Shown: one piece after another, positions 9,331-21,000 of the stretch
How positions within the stretch are numbered: the first letter of the stretch is position 1
How the letters are laid out: every line of letters begins with the position of its first letter
NCBI GenBank assembly: GCA_965198115.1
Contig: OZ240241.1
Coordinates: forward strand, 1,088,001-1,152,000
DNA length: 64,000 bases
Direction of reading: 5' to 3'
Source of the DNA: Candidatus Latescibacterota bacterium
GTDB lineage: Bacteria > Latescibacterota > UBA2968
The notes under the pieces: model-generated
What the model saw: only the letters and a program-made list of their open reading frames with translations
Database searches by the model: none
What the model was told of the DNA's origin: nothing
Made by a program: the position numbers and the translations under genes

Positions 9331-9359
9331 CGGGCCCCGGAAGCCACTTCCGGGGCCCG
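9331..9359 (+). terminator. Strong hairpin after flagellin B (terminator or stabiliser; weak U tract)
   Basis: Perfect 13-bp stem CGGGCCCCGGAAG-CCA-CTTCCGGGGCCCG. Confidence 0.6.
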
Positions 9360-9449
9360 CCTCCATTTGTGCCCGAACTTGCCAGAGATTCGGCCATGAC
9401 CTACATTTACGGCTCCTCGGATGGCCAAATCGTATCTCGTGAGGACTCG

Positions 9450-10121
9450 ATGAATCGAAAACGTTTGACGAAAGAGGACCTCAAAGAAGACGAGGTCTTG
9501 ACGACGTTCTACCGTGCCATCGGATATGCAGAGGCAAATTATCCCAAGATTCTGGCCGGCATCGGGGCCGTCGTCGTCGCTGTCTTGATTGGTTTATTCA
9601 TCAAGAACAATGCCGACAAACGCCAAAGGGCCGCCGTAGACGCCCTTGGTCAAATTCAGATCTCGATGATGCAGGGACAGATGGATGCAGCCCTGGCACG
9701 GGCGGAGCAACTGACGCGGGACCACGAAGGAACCCGCATCGCCGCACAAGCACTCCTGACCCTGGGGAATGCCTACTACGGGACCGGGCGTTACGAAGAA
9801 GCTCGCTCGACTTTCCAGAGATACCTAGACGCCTACGGTTCTACCGGCCCCGATGGCTACGGGGCGTGGGTGAGCGTGGGCGCCTGTCTCGAGCAGACGC
9901 AGAATGCGGTCGCTGCGGCGGATCACTATACGCAGTTCGCGGACACGCACGCCGGTTCGCCGTATTCGCCACTCGCGCTCCTCGAAGCAGCTCGGTCGCA
10001 CAGAGAAGCCGGAAACCGTCAGCAAGCCATTGCGGCGCTGGCCCGAATCACGAGCGATTATGGTGATGCCAGCGTCAAACGCGAAGCAGAGGCACAGCTT
10101 CGAATGTTGGGCGCGTCGTAG
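9450..10121 (+). CDS. Membrane-anchored TPR protein (YfgM-like)
   Basis: RBS GAGGA before ATG 9450; basic N-terminus (KEDLKEDE), one TM helix, then TPR-like repeats. Confidence 0.75.
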   Translation: MNRKRLTKEDLKEDEVLTTFYRAIGYAEANYPKILAGIGAVVVAVLIGLFIKNNADKRQRAAVDALGQIQISMMQGQMDAALARAEQLTRDHEGTRIAAQALLTLGNAYYGTGRYEEARSTFQRYLDAYGSTGPDGYGAWVSVGACLEQTQNAVAAADHYTQFADTHAGSPYSPLALLEAARSHREAGNRQQAIAALARITSDYGDASVKREAEAQLRMLGAS

Positions 10122-10161
10122 CTCGCCAGACCACGCTTCTGCCATCCCGCCGAACGCCCAA

Positions 10162-10189
10162 TTCCAGTATAAGATACATTATGTAAACT
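10162..10189. other. Putative dif site (XerC/XerD chromosome dimer resolution)
   Basis: 28-bp TTCCAGTATAA-GATACA-TTATGTAAACT: an AT-rich intergenic island in GC-rich DNA whose right arm equals the B. subtilis dif arm TTATGTAAACT. Confidence 0.8.
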
Positions 10190-10232
10190 TGAGCTCGTTC
10201 TGAGCTTTCGGTCACGATCTGGAGATCCCCTC

Positions 10233-11327
10233 TTGTCCATCCCGAGTACTGCACTCTACGACCGCCACGTCTCTGCGGGTGCTCGCATCGTTCCCTTTGC
10301 GGGGTGGGAAATGCCGGTGCAGTACTCGGGCATCCGACAAGAGCACACGGCGGTTCGAACCCACGCCGGTCTGTTCGACGTTTCCCACATGGGTCAACTT
10401 GAATTTCACGGGAATGCCGGATTCGGGTGTTTGCAAAGGTTAACGACGAGCGATGTGTCGAAATTGCGTGTAGGGCGCTGTCAATACAGCTTTTTTGTGA
10501 ACGAAGCCGGCGGAACGGTCGATGATGCCATGGTTTACCGTGTTGAGGAAGACCGCATCCTCGTGGTCGTAAACGCATCGAATACCGAGAAGATCGAAAG
10601 CCACGTTCGGGCTCATTTGACTGCGACAGAAGAAGATGCGGTGAGAAATTCAAGCGAGGAGTGGAATCTGATCGCCTTACAGGGCCCGGAGGCTCGGGAG
10701 GTTCTTCGAGGTCTGGGCACCCCCGAGGAACTGGTCTCACTCCCCTTCCACGCTGTCGCTCCAGGTGAGTTGCTCGGGGTGACCACGTATGTGGCCGCTT
10801 CCGGTTATACAGGCGAGAATGGATACGAAATTTTCGTGAAGGACGGAGTAGAAACCGTGTGGGACGGTCTTGTCGACGCGGGTGGAGCGTCCTTTCGCCT
10901 TTGCGGGCTGGGGGCGCGAGACACGCTTCGTTTGGAGGCATCGCTGGCCCTGTATGGCCACGAACTCGACGAAGAAACGACCCCGATCGAGGCTGGACTG
11001 GGATTCGCCGTTTCCAGCGGCGATTACTTGGGATCGGACGTCCTCGCCCGACAGAAGGAGTCTGGGCCGGCGAAACGCCTCGTCTCCCTTGTTCTGGCAG
11101 ACCGGGCAATCCCGAGGCAGGGCTGTCCGGTCGAGTCCGTCGACGGCGAAGTGGTCGGAATCGTTACCAGCGGCACCATGGCTCCCTGGCTGAACAAGCC
11201 GATTGCGATGGCCTACGTTCAGCCAGGAAACCACGGGATTGGGACGCGATTGAACGTCGATGTGCGAGGCAGAAAAGCGGCGGGAAAGGTCGTAAAACGT
11301 CCGTTCTACAAGCGTCCAGCGAGCTGA
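10233..11327 (+). CDS. gcvT: Glycine cleavage system aminomethyltransferase T
   Basis: Motifs [45 protein letters not shown]. Confidence 0.97.
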   Translation: MSIPSTALYDRHVSAGARIVPFAGWEMPVQYSGIRQEHTAVRTHAGLFDVSHMGQLEFHGNAGFGCLQRLTTSDVSKLRVGRCQYSFFVNEAGGTVDDAMVYRVEEDRILVVVNASNTEKIESHVRAHLTATEEDAVRNSSEEWNLIALQGPEAREVLRGLGTPEELVSLPFHAVAPGELLGVTTYVAASGYTGENGYEIFVKDGVETVWDGLVDAGGASFRLCGLGARDTLRLEASLALYGHELDEETTPIEAGLGFAVSSGDYLGSDVLARQKESGPAKRLVSLVLADRAIPRQGCPVESVDGEVVGIVTSGTMAPWLNKPIAMAYVQPGNHGIGTRLNVDVRGRKAAGKVVKRPFYKRPAS

Positions 11328-11337
11328 CTCGGGCCCG

Positions 11338-13773
11338 TCAGATCACGACGTTGACGAGCCGATTCGGGACCACGATGACTTTCCTGGGCGTCCTGCCCTC
11401 CAGATGTTTCTGAACGTTCTCTTGATCGAGTGCCAGCCGTTCCACTTCTTCCTTCGGGGCATCCGGCGACACGTCGAATTTTGCCCTGACCCTTCCGTTG
11501 ACCTGAACGGGCATTTCGATCGTCGACGGTTTCGCGAGGTCGGCATCCCACTCCGGCCAGGGCTGATCGTGAACACTGTACTCCCCACCCGCCCGTTCCC
11601 ACAGTTCTTCGGCAAAAAAGGGCGTGATGGGCGCCAGGAGCAGGATCATCGCCCGTCCCGCTTCTTCCCACGACGGCGTACCGTGCAAGCCCTCCGATTT
11701 CGCCTTCTGAAGACCGTTCGTAAAGGTCATCAGGGCTGCGACAGCGGTGTTGAAATTGAACGTGTCGATGTCTTCGGTCACCTTCCGAATCGTCTGGTGT
11801 GTCAGCTGCCTCAACTCATCTTCGGATCCGACGCACGTTTCGTCCGTTTCTGGCGAATCGACCAGGAGCGACCAGGTCCGATTCAGAAATCGGGGCGCTC
11901 CCTCCATACTTGCCGAGTTCCAGGGTCCGCCCTGGTCCCACCTGCTGATAAACATCAGATAAAGCCGGACTGCATCAGTCCCGTGCTTGCCGATCAGTTC
12001 ATCGGGATTGACGACGTTTCCTCGTGACTTGCTCATTTTCTCCGAGTCTTCACCGACAATGATTCCTTGGTTGAACAGGGATGCCATGGGTTCGTCGTCT
12101 TCTACCAGACCGACGTCCCTCATGGCCTTCGTGAAGAACCGTGTGTAGAGCAAATGCATCGTGGCGTGCTCGATGCCACCTGTGTATTGGTCTACCGGCA
12201 GCCAGTAGTTTCCCTCTTCAGGATCGAAAGGCCCCCCTGAGAAGCTGGGGCTCAAATAGCGATACTGATACCACGAGGAGCAGATGAACGTGTCCATCGT
12301 GTCCGTCTCTCGAACCGCCGGTTCGCCACACTTGGGACACGTCGTCTGCTTGAACTCTTCGTGGAGCTTCAGCGGCGACTCGCCCGTCGGCAGAAACTCA
12401 GCGTCATCCGGCAAGAGAACGGGCAAATCCTCCTCGGGGACGGGAACGATCCCGCAAATGGGGCATTCGACCGTGGGGATGGGGCAGCCCCAGTAGCGCT
12501 GACGCGATATCAGCCAATCGTGGAGACGGTAGTTGATCCGTCTCTCCCCGATCCCCCGCGATTCCAGTGCATCGGCCACGGCTTCCCATCCCTTTTCCGA
12601 CGGCATCCCGTCGAACGGGCCGGAATTGACCATCGTCCCCTCGCCCGTATACGCTGCTTCAGGGGGATCACCATCCCATCCTTCCTGGGCGATGACGACC
12701 GGAATGTCGATCCCGTAGCGAACGGCGAAGTCGAAGTCGCGCTCATCGTGGGCAGGAACGGCCATAATCGCCCCGGTTCCATACGTGGTGAGTACGTAGT
12801 CGGCCACGTAGATCGGAACCTTCGCGTCCGTGAGCGGGTGGATGGCATAGGCACCCGTGAAGACCCCGTCTCTCTCTTTCTCTGTCGACAGCCTTTCGAT
12901 CTCGGTTTGTCGTGTCGCCTTCTCACGATACGCTTCGACTTCGGCCCTTTGGGCTTCCGTAGCGATCGTATCGACCAGGTTGTGTTCGGGCGCCAGCACG
13001 GTGAACGTCACTCCGTAGACGGTGTCGGGGCGCGTCGTAAACACCCGAAACGCCGCGTCGTGACCGGAGACAGCCATTCCGAACTCAACGCCCTCGCTGC
13101 GACCGATCCAATTCGTCTGCATGGCCTTCACGCGATCGGGCCAGTCGATTTCCGAAAAGTCGAGCAGCTCCTCCGCGTAATCGGTGATCTTGAGGTACCA
13201 TTGCTCCAGGTCCTTCTTGATCACGGGTGTTTCGCACCGCTCGCAGTGTCGGTCGTCGCCCCAGACTTGCTCCCGTGCAAGGGTTGTGTTGCACTGAGGA
13301 CACCAGTCCACGGGTGACAACTGTTTGTAGGCCAGACCGTGTTTGTGGAACTGGAGAAAAAGCCACTGCGACCAACGGTAGTATTCGGCGTCCGACGTAA
13401 TCGTCTCCCGTTTCCAGTCGAACATCGCGCCCATCGACCGTAGCTGGCGACGCATGGTGTCGATGTTTTCGTAGGTCCAGCTCACCGGGTGAACGTTTCT
13501 TTGAATAGCCGCGTTCTCGGCAGGAAGACCGAACGCATCGAAGCCCATCGGAAAGAGCACGTTGTATCCACGCATCCGCATCCAGCGCGCCCGCACGTCC
13601 GACGGCGCCATGGCATACCAGTGGCCGATGTGCAGGTCACCCGACGTGTAAGGGAGCATGGTGAGCGCGTAGTGCTTGGGACGACTTTTGTCGATTTCGC
13701 TTCGGTAGATGTCCGTGTCGGCCCATCTGGTCTGCCATTTGTCTTCTGCGTTTTTGAAATCGTAGTCGCTCAT
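11338..13773 (-). CDS. leuS: Leucine--tRNA ligase
   Basis: HIGH, KMSKS, WLISRQRYWG and editing-domain FTTRPDT motifs. Confidence 0.98.
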   Translation of the reverse strand: MSDYDFKNAEDKWQTRWADTDIYRSEIDKSRPKHYALTMLPYTSGDLHIGHWYAMAPSDVRARWMRMRGYNVLFPMGFDAFGLPAENAAIQRNVHPVSWTYENIDTMRRQLRSMGAMFDWKRETITSDAEYYRWSQWLFLQFHKHGLAYKQLSPVDWCPQCNTTLAREQVWGDDRHCERCETPVIKKDLEQWYLKITDYAEELLDFSEIDWPDRVKAMQTNWIGRSEGVEFGMAVSGHDAAFRVFTTRPDTVYGVTFTVLAPEHNLVDTIATEAQRAEVEAYREKATRQTEIERLSTEKERDGVFTGAYAIHPLTDAKVPIYVADYVLTTYGTGAIMAVPAHDERDFDFAVRYGIDIPVVIAQEGWDGDPPEAAYTGEGTMVNSGPFDGMPSEKGWEAVADALESRGIGERRINYRLHDWLISRQRYWGCPIPTVECPICGIVPVPEEDLPVLLPDDAEFLPTGESPLKLHEEFKQTTCPKCGEPAVRETDTMDTFICSSWYQYRYLSPSFSGGPFDPEEGNYWLPVDQYTGGIEHATMHLLYTRFFTKAMRDVGLVEDDEPMASLFNQGIIVGEDSEKMSKSRGNVVNPDELIGKHGTDAVRLYLMFISRWDQGGPWNSASMEGAPRFLNRTWSLLVDSPETDETCVGSEDELRQLTHQTIRKVTEDIDTFNFNTAVAALMTFTNGLQKAKSEGLHGTPSWEEAGRAMILLLAPITPFFAEELWERAGGEYSVHDQPWPEWDADLAKPSTIEMPVQVNGRVRAKFDVSPDAPKEEVERLALDQENVQKHLEGRTPRKVIVVPNRLVNVVI

Positions 13774-13819
13774 GGCGTTCGTTGCCTTTGTTGAAGGAGA
13801 TCTTGAAGCGCGTGATGGG

Positions 13820-15127
13820 TCAGGGCGTGAGACGTTGCAACATCCTCGGAAACGGGATCGTTTCTCTCACGTGACGCAGACCACAGATCCACGCGACTGT
13901 CCGCTCGATGCCCAGCCCGAATCCTGCGTGGGGCACGGACCCGTATCGTCGAAGGTCGAGATACCAGTTGAACGGCTCTTCATCAAGATCGTGTTCGGCG
14001 ATCTTTCGCCGGAGTTCCTCCAGATCATCCTCACGCTGTCCCCCACCCACGATTTCTCCATACCCCTCTGGCGCAAGCACGTCCATGCACAGCGCCACGC
14101 GTCCGTCGTCGGGATCGGTCTTCATGTAGAAAGCTTTACACGCAGCCGGATACCGATGGACGATGACGGGGCGATCGAATGCTTCGGCGAGAACGGTCTC
14201 TTCGTCTCCACCGAAATCATCGCCCCACACGTGATCCACACCCTTGCTCTTGAGGCGTTCGACGGCATCCGTGTAGGAAACGCGAGGGAAAGGTTTCTGC
14301 ACGCGCTCAAGCGCTGCCACGTCCCTCTCCAGAGATTCGAGTTCGGGGCGATGCTTTTCCAGCACTCGTTTAACGACGAATACGATGAAATCCTCGGCCA
14401 GATCCATGTCGCCATCCAGGTCCATGTAGGCGACCTCGGGCTCGACCATCCAGAATTCTGTCAGATGTCGGCGGGTCTTCGATTTTTCGGCCCTGAATGT
14501 GGGCCCGAAGCAATAGACTTTGCCAAAAGCCATGGCTCCCGCCTCGACGTAGAGCTGCCCACTCTGCGTCAGATAGGCGTTTTCGCCAAAGTAGTCGGTG
14601 GCGAACAGGGTGGTCGTCCCCTCACACGCATTGGGCGTGAAAATGGGCGCGTCGATGAGCGTATAGCCGTTGCTGTCGTAGTACTCTCGGCACGCGGCGA
14701 CGATCGAGCTGCGAACGCGCAGAATCGCGTGCTGGCGCGAGGATCTCAGCCAGAGATGGCGGTGGTCCATCAGGAAAGCCGTGCCGTGCTCCTTTGGCGT
14801 GATCGGATAGGGTTCGGCCTGATGGAGGACTTCCAGGGCGACGACGCCGAGCTCGAATCCAAGGGGCGATCGCTCGTCCTTTCGCACCTCACCCGTCACT
14901 CGTAAGGCACTCTCCTGGGTCAGATGCCCCGCGGCTTCGAAGGTCTCTTCGTCGACCTCCCCCTTGAAGACGACGCACTGGATGGTCCCCGTGCCATCAC
15001 GCACCTGCAGGAAATGGAGCTTCCCGCTCGATCGCTTGTTGTAGAGCCAGCCATTTATCGTGACCGTCAGGCCATCCGACCCTGCGATCGTACTGATGTT
15101 CACGCGCTCGTGCATGATCCCGTTCAC
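13820..15127 (-). CDS. asnS: Asparagine--tRNA ligase
   Basis: OB-fold N-terminus, [31 protein letters not shown]. Confidence 0.96.
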   Translation of the reverse strand: MNGIMHERVNISTIAGSDGLTVTINGWLYNKRSSGKLHFLQVRDGTGTIQCVVFKGEVDEETFEAAGHLTQESALRVTGEVRKDERSPLGFELGVVALEVLHQAEPYPITPKEHGTAFLMDHRHLWLRSSRQHAILRVRSSIVAACREYYDSNGYTLIDAPIFTPNACEGTTTLFATDYFGENAYLTQSGQLYVEAGAMAFGKVYCFGPTFRAEKSKTRRHLTEFWMVEPEVAYMDLDGDMDLAEDFIVFVVKRVLEKHRPELESLERDVAALERVQKPFPRVSYTDAVERLKSKGVDHVWGDDFGGDEETVLAEAFDRPVIVHRYPAACKAFYMKTDPDDGRVALCMDVLAPEGYGEIVGGGQREDDLEELRRKIAEHDLDEEPFNWYLDLRRYGSVPHAGFGLGIERTVAWICGLRHVRETIPFPRMLQRLTP

Positions 15128-15128
15128 C

Positions 15129-16247
15129 TCAGACGTTAATCGTATCGCTGACGGGTGTGTAGGCCAGCTGCCAGGCCTCCGCCACGCCCTGATGAGTCAC
15201 CTTCCCCCTCACAACGTTGACGCCAGCGGCAACGTGAAGGTTTTCCGCGCTGGCCCGTTCCCACCCCTTGTCTGCGATTTCGCAGGCCAGGGACAGCGTC
15301 GCGTTCGTCAGGGCGAAGGTCGAAGTACGGGGGACGGCTCCGGGGATGTTGGTCACGCAGTAGTGGCTGACACCGTCGACCACATACGTCGGGTCACGAT
15401 GCGTCGTCGGCCGGCAGGTCTCCACGCAACCGCCTTGGTCCACGGCGACATCCACGATGACCGAGCCCGGCTTCATCTGCCGGATCATCTCCCTGGTGAC
15501 AAGCGTGGGCGCCTTCGCGCCGGCCCTCAACACCGCCCCAATTACGAGGTCCGCGGTCGTGACCACTTTGTCCAGATTATACGTGTTGGACACGAGCGTC
15601 GTCACATTGGCCGGCAGAATGTCGTCCAGGTAGCGCAGACGTTCGAGATCGATGTCCAGGACGAAAACATTCGCTCCCAACCCGGCGGCGATCCTCGACG
15701 CGTTGCTTCCGACGACCCCTCCCCCGAGTACGACGACATCGGCGGGTGCGACACCGGGCACCCCAGCGAGCAGGATTCCGCGACCTCCCTGGGGACTCTC
15801 GAGATACTTGGCCCCTTCCTGAACGGCCATCCTTCCAGCCACCTCGCTCATGGGAACGAGAAGAGGCAGCGTGCCCGAATCCGAGGTCACCGTCTCGTAG
15901 GCGATCGCGATCGCCCCCGTGTTCAGAAATCCTGTTGTAAGCTCTTCGCTCGCGGCGAAGTGAAAGTAGCAGAAAACGGTTTGGTCTTCCCGAATCAGGC
16001 AAAGTTCCGACGCCTGTGGCTCCTTCACCTTGACGATCAGGTCCGATTCGGCGTAGACGGCCTCGGCGTTCGATGCCAATCCCGCCCCCGAACGCTCATA
16101 GTCTTCGTCTTCAGCCCCCGAGGCCGAGCCGACACCACGTTCCACAACCACACGATGACCCGCGGCAACGAGGGCCTGGACACCCACAGGGAGCAACCCG
16201 GCCCGATTCTCGTCCGGCTTGATTTCTTTGGGGAGCCCGACGGTCAT
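15129..16247 (-). CDS. ald: Alanine dehydrogenase
   Basis: [42 protein letters not shown]. Confidence 0.96.
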   Translation of the reverse strand: MTVGLPKEIKPDENRAGLLPVGVQALVAAGHRVVVERGVGSASGAEDEDYERSGAGLASNAEAVYAESDLIVKVKEPQASELCLIREDQTVFCYFHFAASEELTTGFLNTGAIAIAYETVTSDSGTLPLLVPMSEVAGRMAVQEGAKYLESPQGGRGILLAGVPGVAPADVVVLGGGVVGSNASRIAAGLGANVFVLDIDLERLRYLDDILPANVTTLVSNTYNLDKVVTTADLVIGAVLRAGAKAPTLVTREMIRQMKPGSVIVDVAVDQGGCVETCRPTTHRDPTYVVDGVSHYCVTNIPGAVPRTSTFALTNATLSLACEIADKGWERASAENLHVAAGVNVVRGKVTHQGVAEAWQLAYTPVSDTINV

Positions 16248-16249
16248 TG

Positions 16250-17491
16250 TTACGGACCGACCGTAATCTGATGCATGCGGGGCGTATCAACCAGGGCCTG
16301 ACACGCTTCCCACACGCCCTCGAGGGTCACCCGTTCGATGTGGTCGATGGCGATCTGCGGCGCGTCATATCTTTGCAGATAGATCTCATCCCGGGCCAGG
16401 TTGCTCATACGGCGGTTGACGCTCTCGGCCCCCAGGATGAGCTCGCCACGGAGCTGGGCCTTTGCGCTATCGAGCTCGGTCGGAGTGACACCATCCCGTT
16501 TGAACCGGTTCAGCTCGTCCCAGATCACGTCGACGGCGCCGTCGAGGCGCGTACGATCACACGCCATGTATGCGCCGAACAGACCCGTGTCCTCGAGCAT
16601 TTCCAGATAGGAGTATACCGAGTAGGCCAGTCCGCGTTTCTCCCGAATCTCCTGGAACAGACGGGACGTCATGCCACCGCCGAGCACCGTGTCGGCCACG
16701 AGGAGATCGTATTGCCGGGGGTGGTCATAGGGCCACGCCGTCGTGCCGAGACAAAAGTGTGTTTGATTGATATCTCGGGGATAGTGCCGTACGACACGGT
16801 CGGCCCCCTTCGGGGCCAGCCGTTTCGGCCGTCTGATGTCGATCCCTTTCTTCGGAAAAAGGCGGCTGGCCAGCTCGACGATACGCTCGTGGTCCACGTT
16901 TCCGGCGGCGGAGAGCACGATGTTGCCGGGGTGGTAGTTCTGCGCGACGAAGCGATGCAGAATGTCGGACTCTATCCCCTTCAGACTATTCGGCGTTCCG
17001 AGTATGGGTGCCCCGACAGGGTGCCCGCCCCACACCGATTGAGCGAACAGGTCGTGAATCAGATCTTCGGGTGTGTCCTCGACGCTCTGGATCTCCTCGA
17101 GCACCACACGACGCTCCTTTTCGACCTCCTCCCGGTCGAACCGGGCGTTCAGAACCAGGTCGGCGAGCAGATCGACCGCCGTCGACCAGTGTTCGTCGAG
17201 GCACCGAATGTAATAGCACGTCACGTCGCGACTCGTGAACGCGTCCACACTCCCACCCAGCGACTCGATCCCGTTCACGATCTCGAACGCGTTACGTCGT
17301 TCCGTGCCCTTGAACACACAGTGCTCGACAAAATGGGCGATGCCGTGCTCGACGGGTCGCTCGTCACGCGTACCGATTCGGACCCAGAGCCCAATCGAAA
17401 CGGATCGCACGTGCTCCAAAGCCTCGGTAACGATGGTGAGCCCGTTGTCTAACCGTGTACGACAGAATTTTCCAGCAAGCATTTCATTCAA
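16250..17491 (-). CDS. M16B family zinc peptidase
   Basis: Inverted zincin HFVEH and GGGMTSRLFQEIREKRGLAYSV; typical position downstream of pnp. Confidence 0.92.
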   Translation of the reverse strand: MNEMLAGKFCRTRLDNGLTIVTEALEHVRSVSIGLWVRIGTRDERPVEHGIAHFVEHCVFKGTERRNAFEIVNGIESLGGSVDAFTSRDVTCYYIRCLDEHWSTAVDLLADLVLNARFDREEVEKERRVVLEEIQSVEDTPEDLIHDLFAQSVWGGHPVGAPILGTPNSLKGIESDILHRFVAQNYHPGNIVLSAAGNVDHERIVELASRLFPKKGIDIRRPKRLAPKGADRVVRHYPRDINQTHFCLGTTAWPYDHPRQYDLLVADTVLGGGMTSRLFQEIREKRGLAYSVYSYLEMLEDTGLFGAYMACDRTRLDGAVDVIWDELNRFKRDGVTPTELDSAKAQLRGELILGAESVNRRMSNLARDEIYLQRYDAPQIAIDHIERVTLEGVWEACQALVDTPRMHQITVGP

Positions 17492-17501
17492 TCCTGAAAG
17501 A

Positions 17502-17529
17502 GAAAAGACGACCGGAAGGGCCGGTCGTC
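17502..17529 (-). terminator. Intrinsic terminator after pnp
   Basis: GACGACCGG-CCCTT-CCGGTCGTC followed by TTTTC. Confidence 0.7.
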
Positions 17530-17570
17530 CTCTCGTAGCGCCAAGTTCATCGATCCATGATCAAGAACGG

Positions 17571-19691
17571 CTACGGACGGTCTCCCTTGCCGCTTCGCTC
17601 TCTGGCCCCCCCGCCATCGGCGGGAGGGTCGAGAAGAACTTTCCGGCTCAGTCGAATTTTGCCCTGATCGTCGATTCCGATCACCTTGACCTTGCTCGTG
17701 TCTCCCTCCTTGAGGACGTCTTCGACCTTGCGAACCCGATGGTGTTCGAGTTCGGAAATGTGGCAGAGCCCGTCCTTGCCGGGAAGGATTTCGATGAACG
17801 CGCCAAAGTCGGTGACCCGTTTAACGGTCCCTTCGTAGATCTGTCCCACCTCCGGGTCCTCCACGAGGGCGCGAATCATGGCCATGGCCGATTCGCCGGC
17901 CTCCGGTTCGACCGAGGTTACCGTAATCATGCCGTCGTCCTCGACGCTCACGGTCACACCCAGTTCTTCGATGGACCTGATGGTCTTTCCACCGGGACCG
18001 ATCACGATGCCGATCTTCGACTGGTCGATCTTGATCGAAAGAATACGAGGCGCGAAGCGGGAGAGTTCTTCTCTCGGCGCGGGAATCGCCTCCTGCATCT
18101 TATCGAGAATGAAATTCAACGCGCCTCTCGCTCGCTTGAACGCTTCCTCCAGGATCTCGAAACTCACACCGCCGATCTTGATGTCCATCTGGACACTCGT
18201 CACGCCGTCCGACGTGCCCGTGATTTTGAGATCCATGTCTCCCAGGTGATCTTCGGCACCCAGAATGTCGGTCAAAACTTCCCATCGATCCCCCTCGATG
18301 ATCAGACCCACACCCGCGCCGGCGACCGGACACTTGACCGGCACGCCCGCGTCCATCAAGGCGAGCGATCCACCGCAGACCGTGGCCATCGAGGAGGAGC
18401 TGTTCGACTCGAGAATCTCCGAGACCACGCGAATCGTGTAGGGAAAATGCTCCTCGGACGGAACGACGGGTTCGATTGCCTTCTCGGCAAGGGCACCGTG
18501 TCCGATGTCGCGGCGGCTTGGTGCGCCCGGACGGCGGACCTCCCCCACGCTGAACGAAGGAAAGTTGTAGTCGAGCATGAAGCTCTTGAAAGACTTCCCC
18601 TCCAGGTCGTCGACCATGCGCGTGTCCATTTTGCTTCCGAGCGTCGTAGTACACAGCGCCTGGGTCTGGCCACGCGTGAAGATGGCCGATCCGTGCGCCC
18701 GCGGAAGCACGCCAATATCGATCGTGATCGGACGTATTTCGTCGATGGCGCGCCCGTCGATTCTGCGCTTCTCGTCGAGGACCATTCGGCGCATGTCGTG
18801 CTTGACGATGGCATCGAGCTCACCTGCGATTTCATCCTCCAGCTCGGGATAGGCTTCAGCCAGGGCTTCCTGGACTTCAGTCGACAGCTGTGACAGAACG
18901 GCGTCACGATCTTCTTTGACCGGAAGTCGGTTGGCGTCGTTCACACGCTGTTCGGCGAGCTGCCTGACTGCGGCGATGAGCTCCTCGTTCGCTTCGGGCT
19001 CGACGACCTCTCTTTTCGGCTTTCCGGCCCGATCGACCAACTCCTGCTGGAAGTCGATGATCTCGCAGATTGCCATGTGGGCGACCGAGAAGGCCTCCAG
19101 GACCTCTCCCTCGGGGATCTCGTGGCATTCGCCCTCGACGGCGATAATGCCTTCGCGATTGCCCGAGACGACCATGTCCATGTCGCTCTCTTCGCGCTGG
19201 CTGTTCGTCGGATTGACCAGAAACTCGCCGTCGACACGCCCGATGCGTACGGCGCCGATCGGGCCGTCGAAGGGGATGTCGGAAAGCATCACGGCCGCAC
19301 TGGCACCATTCATGGCCAGAACGGCCGCATCGTTTTCGCCGTCGTAGGATACGACGGTTACCATGACCATCGTCTCGACGTTCCGAAGCAGGAACAACGG
19401 TCGAATCTGATGATCGATCAGGCGTGCGTGCAGCTTTTCAGCGGTGGATGGGGCACCTTCTCTTTTGAAGAAATTGCCCGGAATCCTACCGCCCGCGTAG
19501 AACTTTTCGCGATAGTCGACGGTCAGTGGAAAGAAAGGCACATCGGATGCTTCCTTGTTCGCGACGGCCGCGACGAGTACGATCGTGTCGCCGTATCGCA
19601 TCCAGGCCGCACCGTTGGCCTGCTTGGCGACTCGACCCGTCTCGATCGACAGAGGTCGTCCCCCCAGGTCCATCTCTACTTTGTCTACCAT
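17571..19691 (-). CDS. pnp: Polyribonucleotide nucleotidyltransferase
   Basis: FFPLTVDY, RAHGSAIFTRGQTQ, EDHLGDMDLK, plus KH (IGPGGK) and S1 domains. Confidence 0.98.
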   Translation of the reverse strand: MVDKVEMDLGGRPLSIETGRVAKQANGAAWMRYGDTIVLVAAVANKEASDVPFFPLTVDYREKFYAGGRIPGNFFKREGAPSTAEKLHARLIDHQIRPLFLLRNVETMVMVTVVSYDGENDAAVLAMNGASAAVMLSDIPFDGPIGAVRIGRVDGEFLVNPTNSQREESDMDMVVSGNREGIIAVEGECHEIPEGEVLEAFSVAHMAICEIIDFQQELVDRAGKPKREVVEPEANEELIAAVRQLAEQRVNDANRLPVKEDRDAVLSQLSTEVQEALAEAYPELEDEIAGELDAIVKHDMRRMVLDEKRRIDGRAIDEIRPITIDIGVLPRAHGSAIFTRGQTQALCTTTLGSKMDTRMVDDLEGKSFKSFMLDYNFPSFSVGEVRRPGAPSRRDIGHGALAEKAIEPVVPSEEHFPYTIRVVSEILESNSSSSMATVCGGSLALMDAGVPVKCPVAGAGVGLIIEGDRWEVLTDILGAEDHLGDMDLKITGTSDGVTSVQMDIKIGGVSFEILEEAFKRARGALNFILDKMQEAIPAPREELSRFAPRILSIKIDQSKIGIVIGPGGKTIRSIEELGVTVSVEDDGMITVTSVEPEAGESAMAMIRALVEDPEVGQIYEGTVKRVTDFGAFIEILPGKDGLCHISELEHHRVRKVEDVLKEGDTSKVKVIGIDDQGKIRLSRKVLLDPPADGGGARERSGKGDRP

Positions 19692-19778
19692 ACTGCTAAA
19701 CCTCCAAGTGTTGCGATTGCTTTTTGGGCGATGGGTTGAGGGGAGTGTCGTGCCCAGAGAAGCGGAGTGTGCTCGGAA

Positions 19779-20048
19779 TCAACCTCTGATGCCGAGCTTG
19801 GATATGAGTTCGCGATAGCCTTCGAGATCTTTGCGCTGTACGTAACGCAGTAGCCTGCGTCGACGTCCAACGAGCTTGAGCAGACCCCGCCGGCCGTGGT
19901 GGTCCTTCTTGTGCGATTCGAAGTGCGTCGTTAAATCTTGAATCCGCTGGGTCAGCATCGCGATCTGTACGGCCGCTGAGCCCGTGTCGGATTCATTGAT
20001 CCGGTGGGCACCTATGACTTCGGACTTCTTTTCCTGCGTGAGAGCCAA
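19779..20048 (-). CDS. rpsO: 30S ribosomal protein S15
   Basis: [21 protein letters not shown]; TTG start with GGAGG RBS. Confidence 0.98.
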   Translation of the reverse strand: MALTQEKKSEVIGAHRINESDTGSAAVQIAMLTQRIQDLTTHFESHKKDHHGRRGLLKLVGRRRRLLRYVQRKDLEGYRELISKLGIRG

Positions 20049-20052
20049 CAGA

Positions 20053-21000
20053 TTACCTCCGCGTGATGGTTAACTCCCGACTGGCGAGCAAGGACCGAGC
20101 CTTGGTGACGTCAGTCGCGATCTGATGTTTGAGTTGTGGTAAACTTTCGAATTTGGCCTCGTCGCGGAGTCTGTGAACGAGATCCAACTTCAACTGCGTA
20201 CCGTATAGGTCATCCTCGAAGTCGAGCAGATGTGCCTCGAGACGAAGCGTTTGGCCCCCGACCGTCGGCCGCGAACCGTAGTTCACGACGGCCGCGCTCA
20301 ACCCCTCCGCCGTTTCGGCCCACCCTGTGTAGACGCCGGGTGGGGGCATCAGCTTCCTGTCCACGTCGACGTCTATGTTCGCTGTCGGGAATCCAATCTC
20401 TCGACCGCGTCGGTCTCCTTCCACCACGTCTCCGACGACAGGGTAGCCTCCACCCAGAAGAGCACCTGCCCCGACGAGATCGCCAGACGCGATGAGCGAG
20501 CGAACGCGTGTGCTACTGACCGGCAAGTCATCGACGTGCGAGGCCGCAACCGAATGGACCGAGAATCCGTGCGAGGACCCCAGGTCCCGGAGTGTACCGG
20601 AATCTCCGCTTCGATCTCGTCCGAAACCGTGATCGTGTCCGACGACGACGGAACTGGCACCCAGTCGTTCGACAATGTAGCGCGTGACGAATTCGAGTGG
20701 AGACAGGCTGCGGACACGGTCGTCGAACGGCACCACGGCCAACACGTCAATCCCGGCTGCGCCGATTCGCCACGCCCTTTCGTCCAGCGTGGTCAGGAGC
20801 GGAGGTGCGTGATCCGGGTCGATGACCTGACGCGGATGGGGGTCGAAAGTGACGACCACCGAGTGACCGTCGCCATCCTGCGCAAGACGTCGCACTTCGT
20901 CCAGAACCGCCCGATGCCCGACGTGAACGCCATCGAACGTGCCGACCGTCACGACCGGTCTGCGGCAATCCGAGTTACGGTCAAGCGTGACGCGGCGCAT
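20053..21000 (-). CDS. ribF: Bifunctional riboflavin kinase/FAD synthetase
   Basis: [37 protein letters not shown]. Confidence 0.96.
   Translation of the reverse strand: MRRVTLDRNSDCRRPVVTVGTFDGVHVGHRAVLDEVRRLAQDGDGHSVVVTFDPHPRQVIDPDHAPPLLTTLDERAWRIGAAGIDVLAVVPFDDRVRSLSPLEFVTRYIVERLGASSVVVGHDHGFGRDRSGDSGTLRDLGSSHGFSVHSVAASHVDDLPVSSTRVRSLIASGDLVGAGALLGGGYPVVGDVVEGDRRGREIGFPTANIDVDVDRKLMPPPGVYTGWAETAEGLSAAVVNYGSRPTVGGQTLRLEAHLLDFEDDLYGTQLKLDLVHRLRDEAKFESLPQLKHQIATDVTKARSLLASRELTITRR

Noticed and set aside
19719-19763. RNase III-type stem in the rpsO-pnp spacer
   Set aside because: Pairing on the coding strand is imperfect; plausible by analogy but not supportable.
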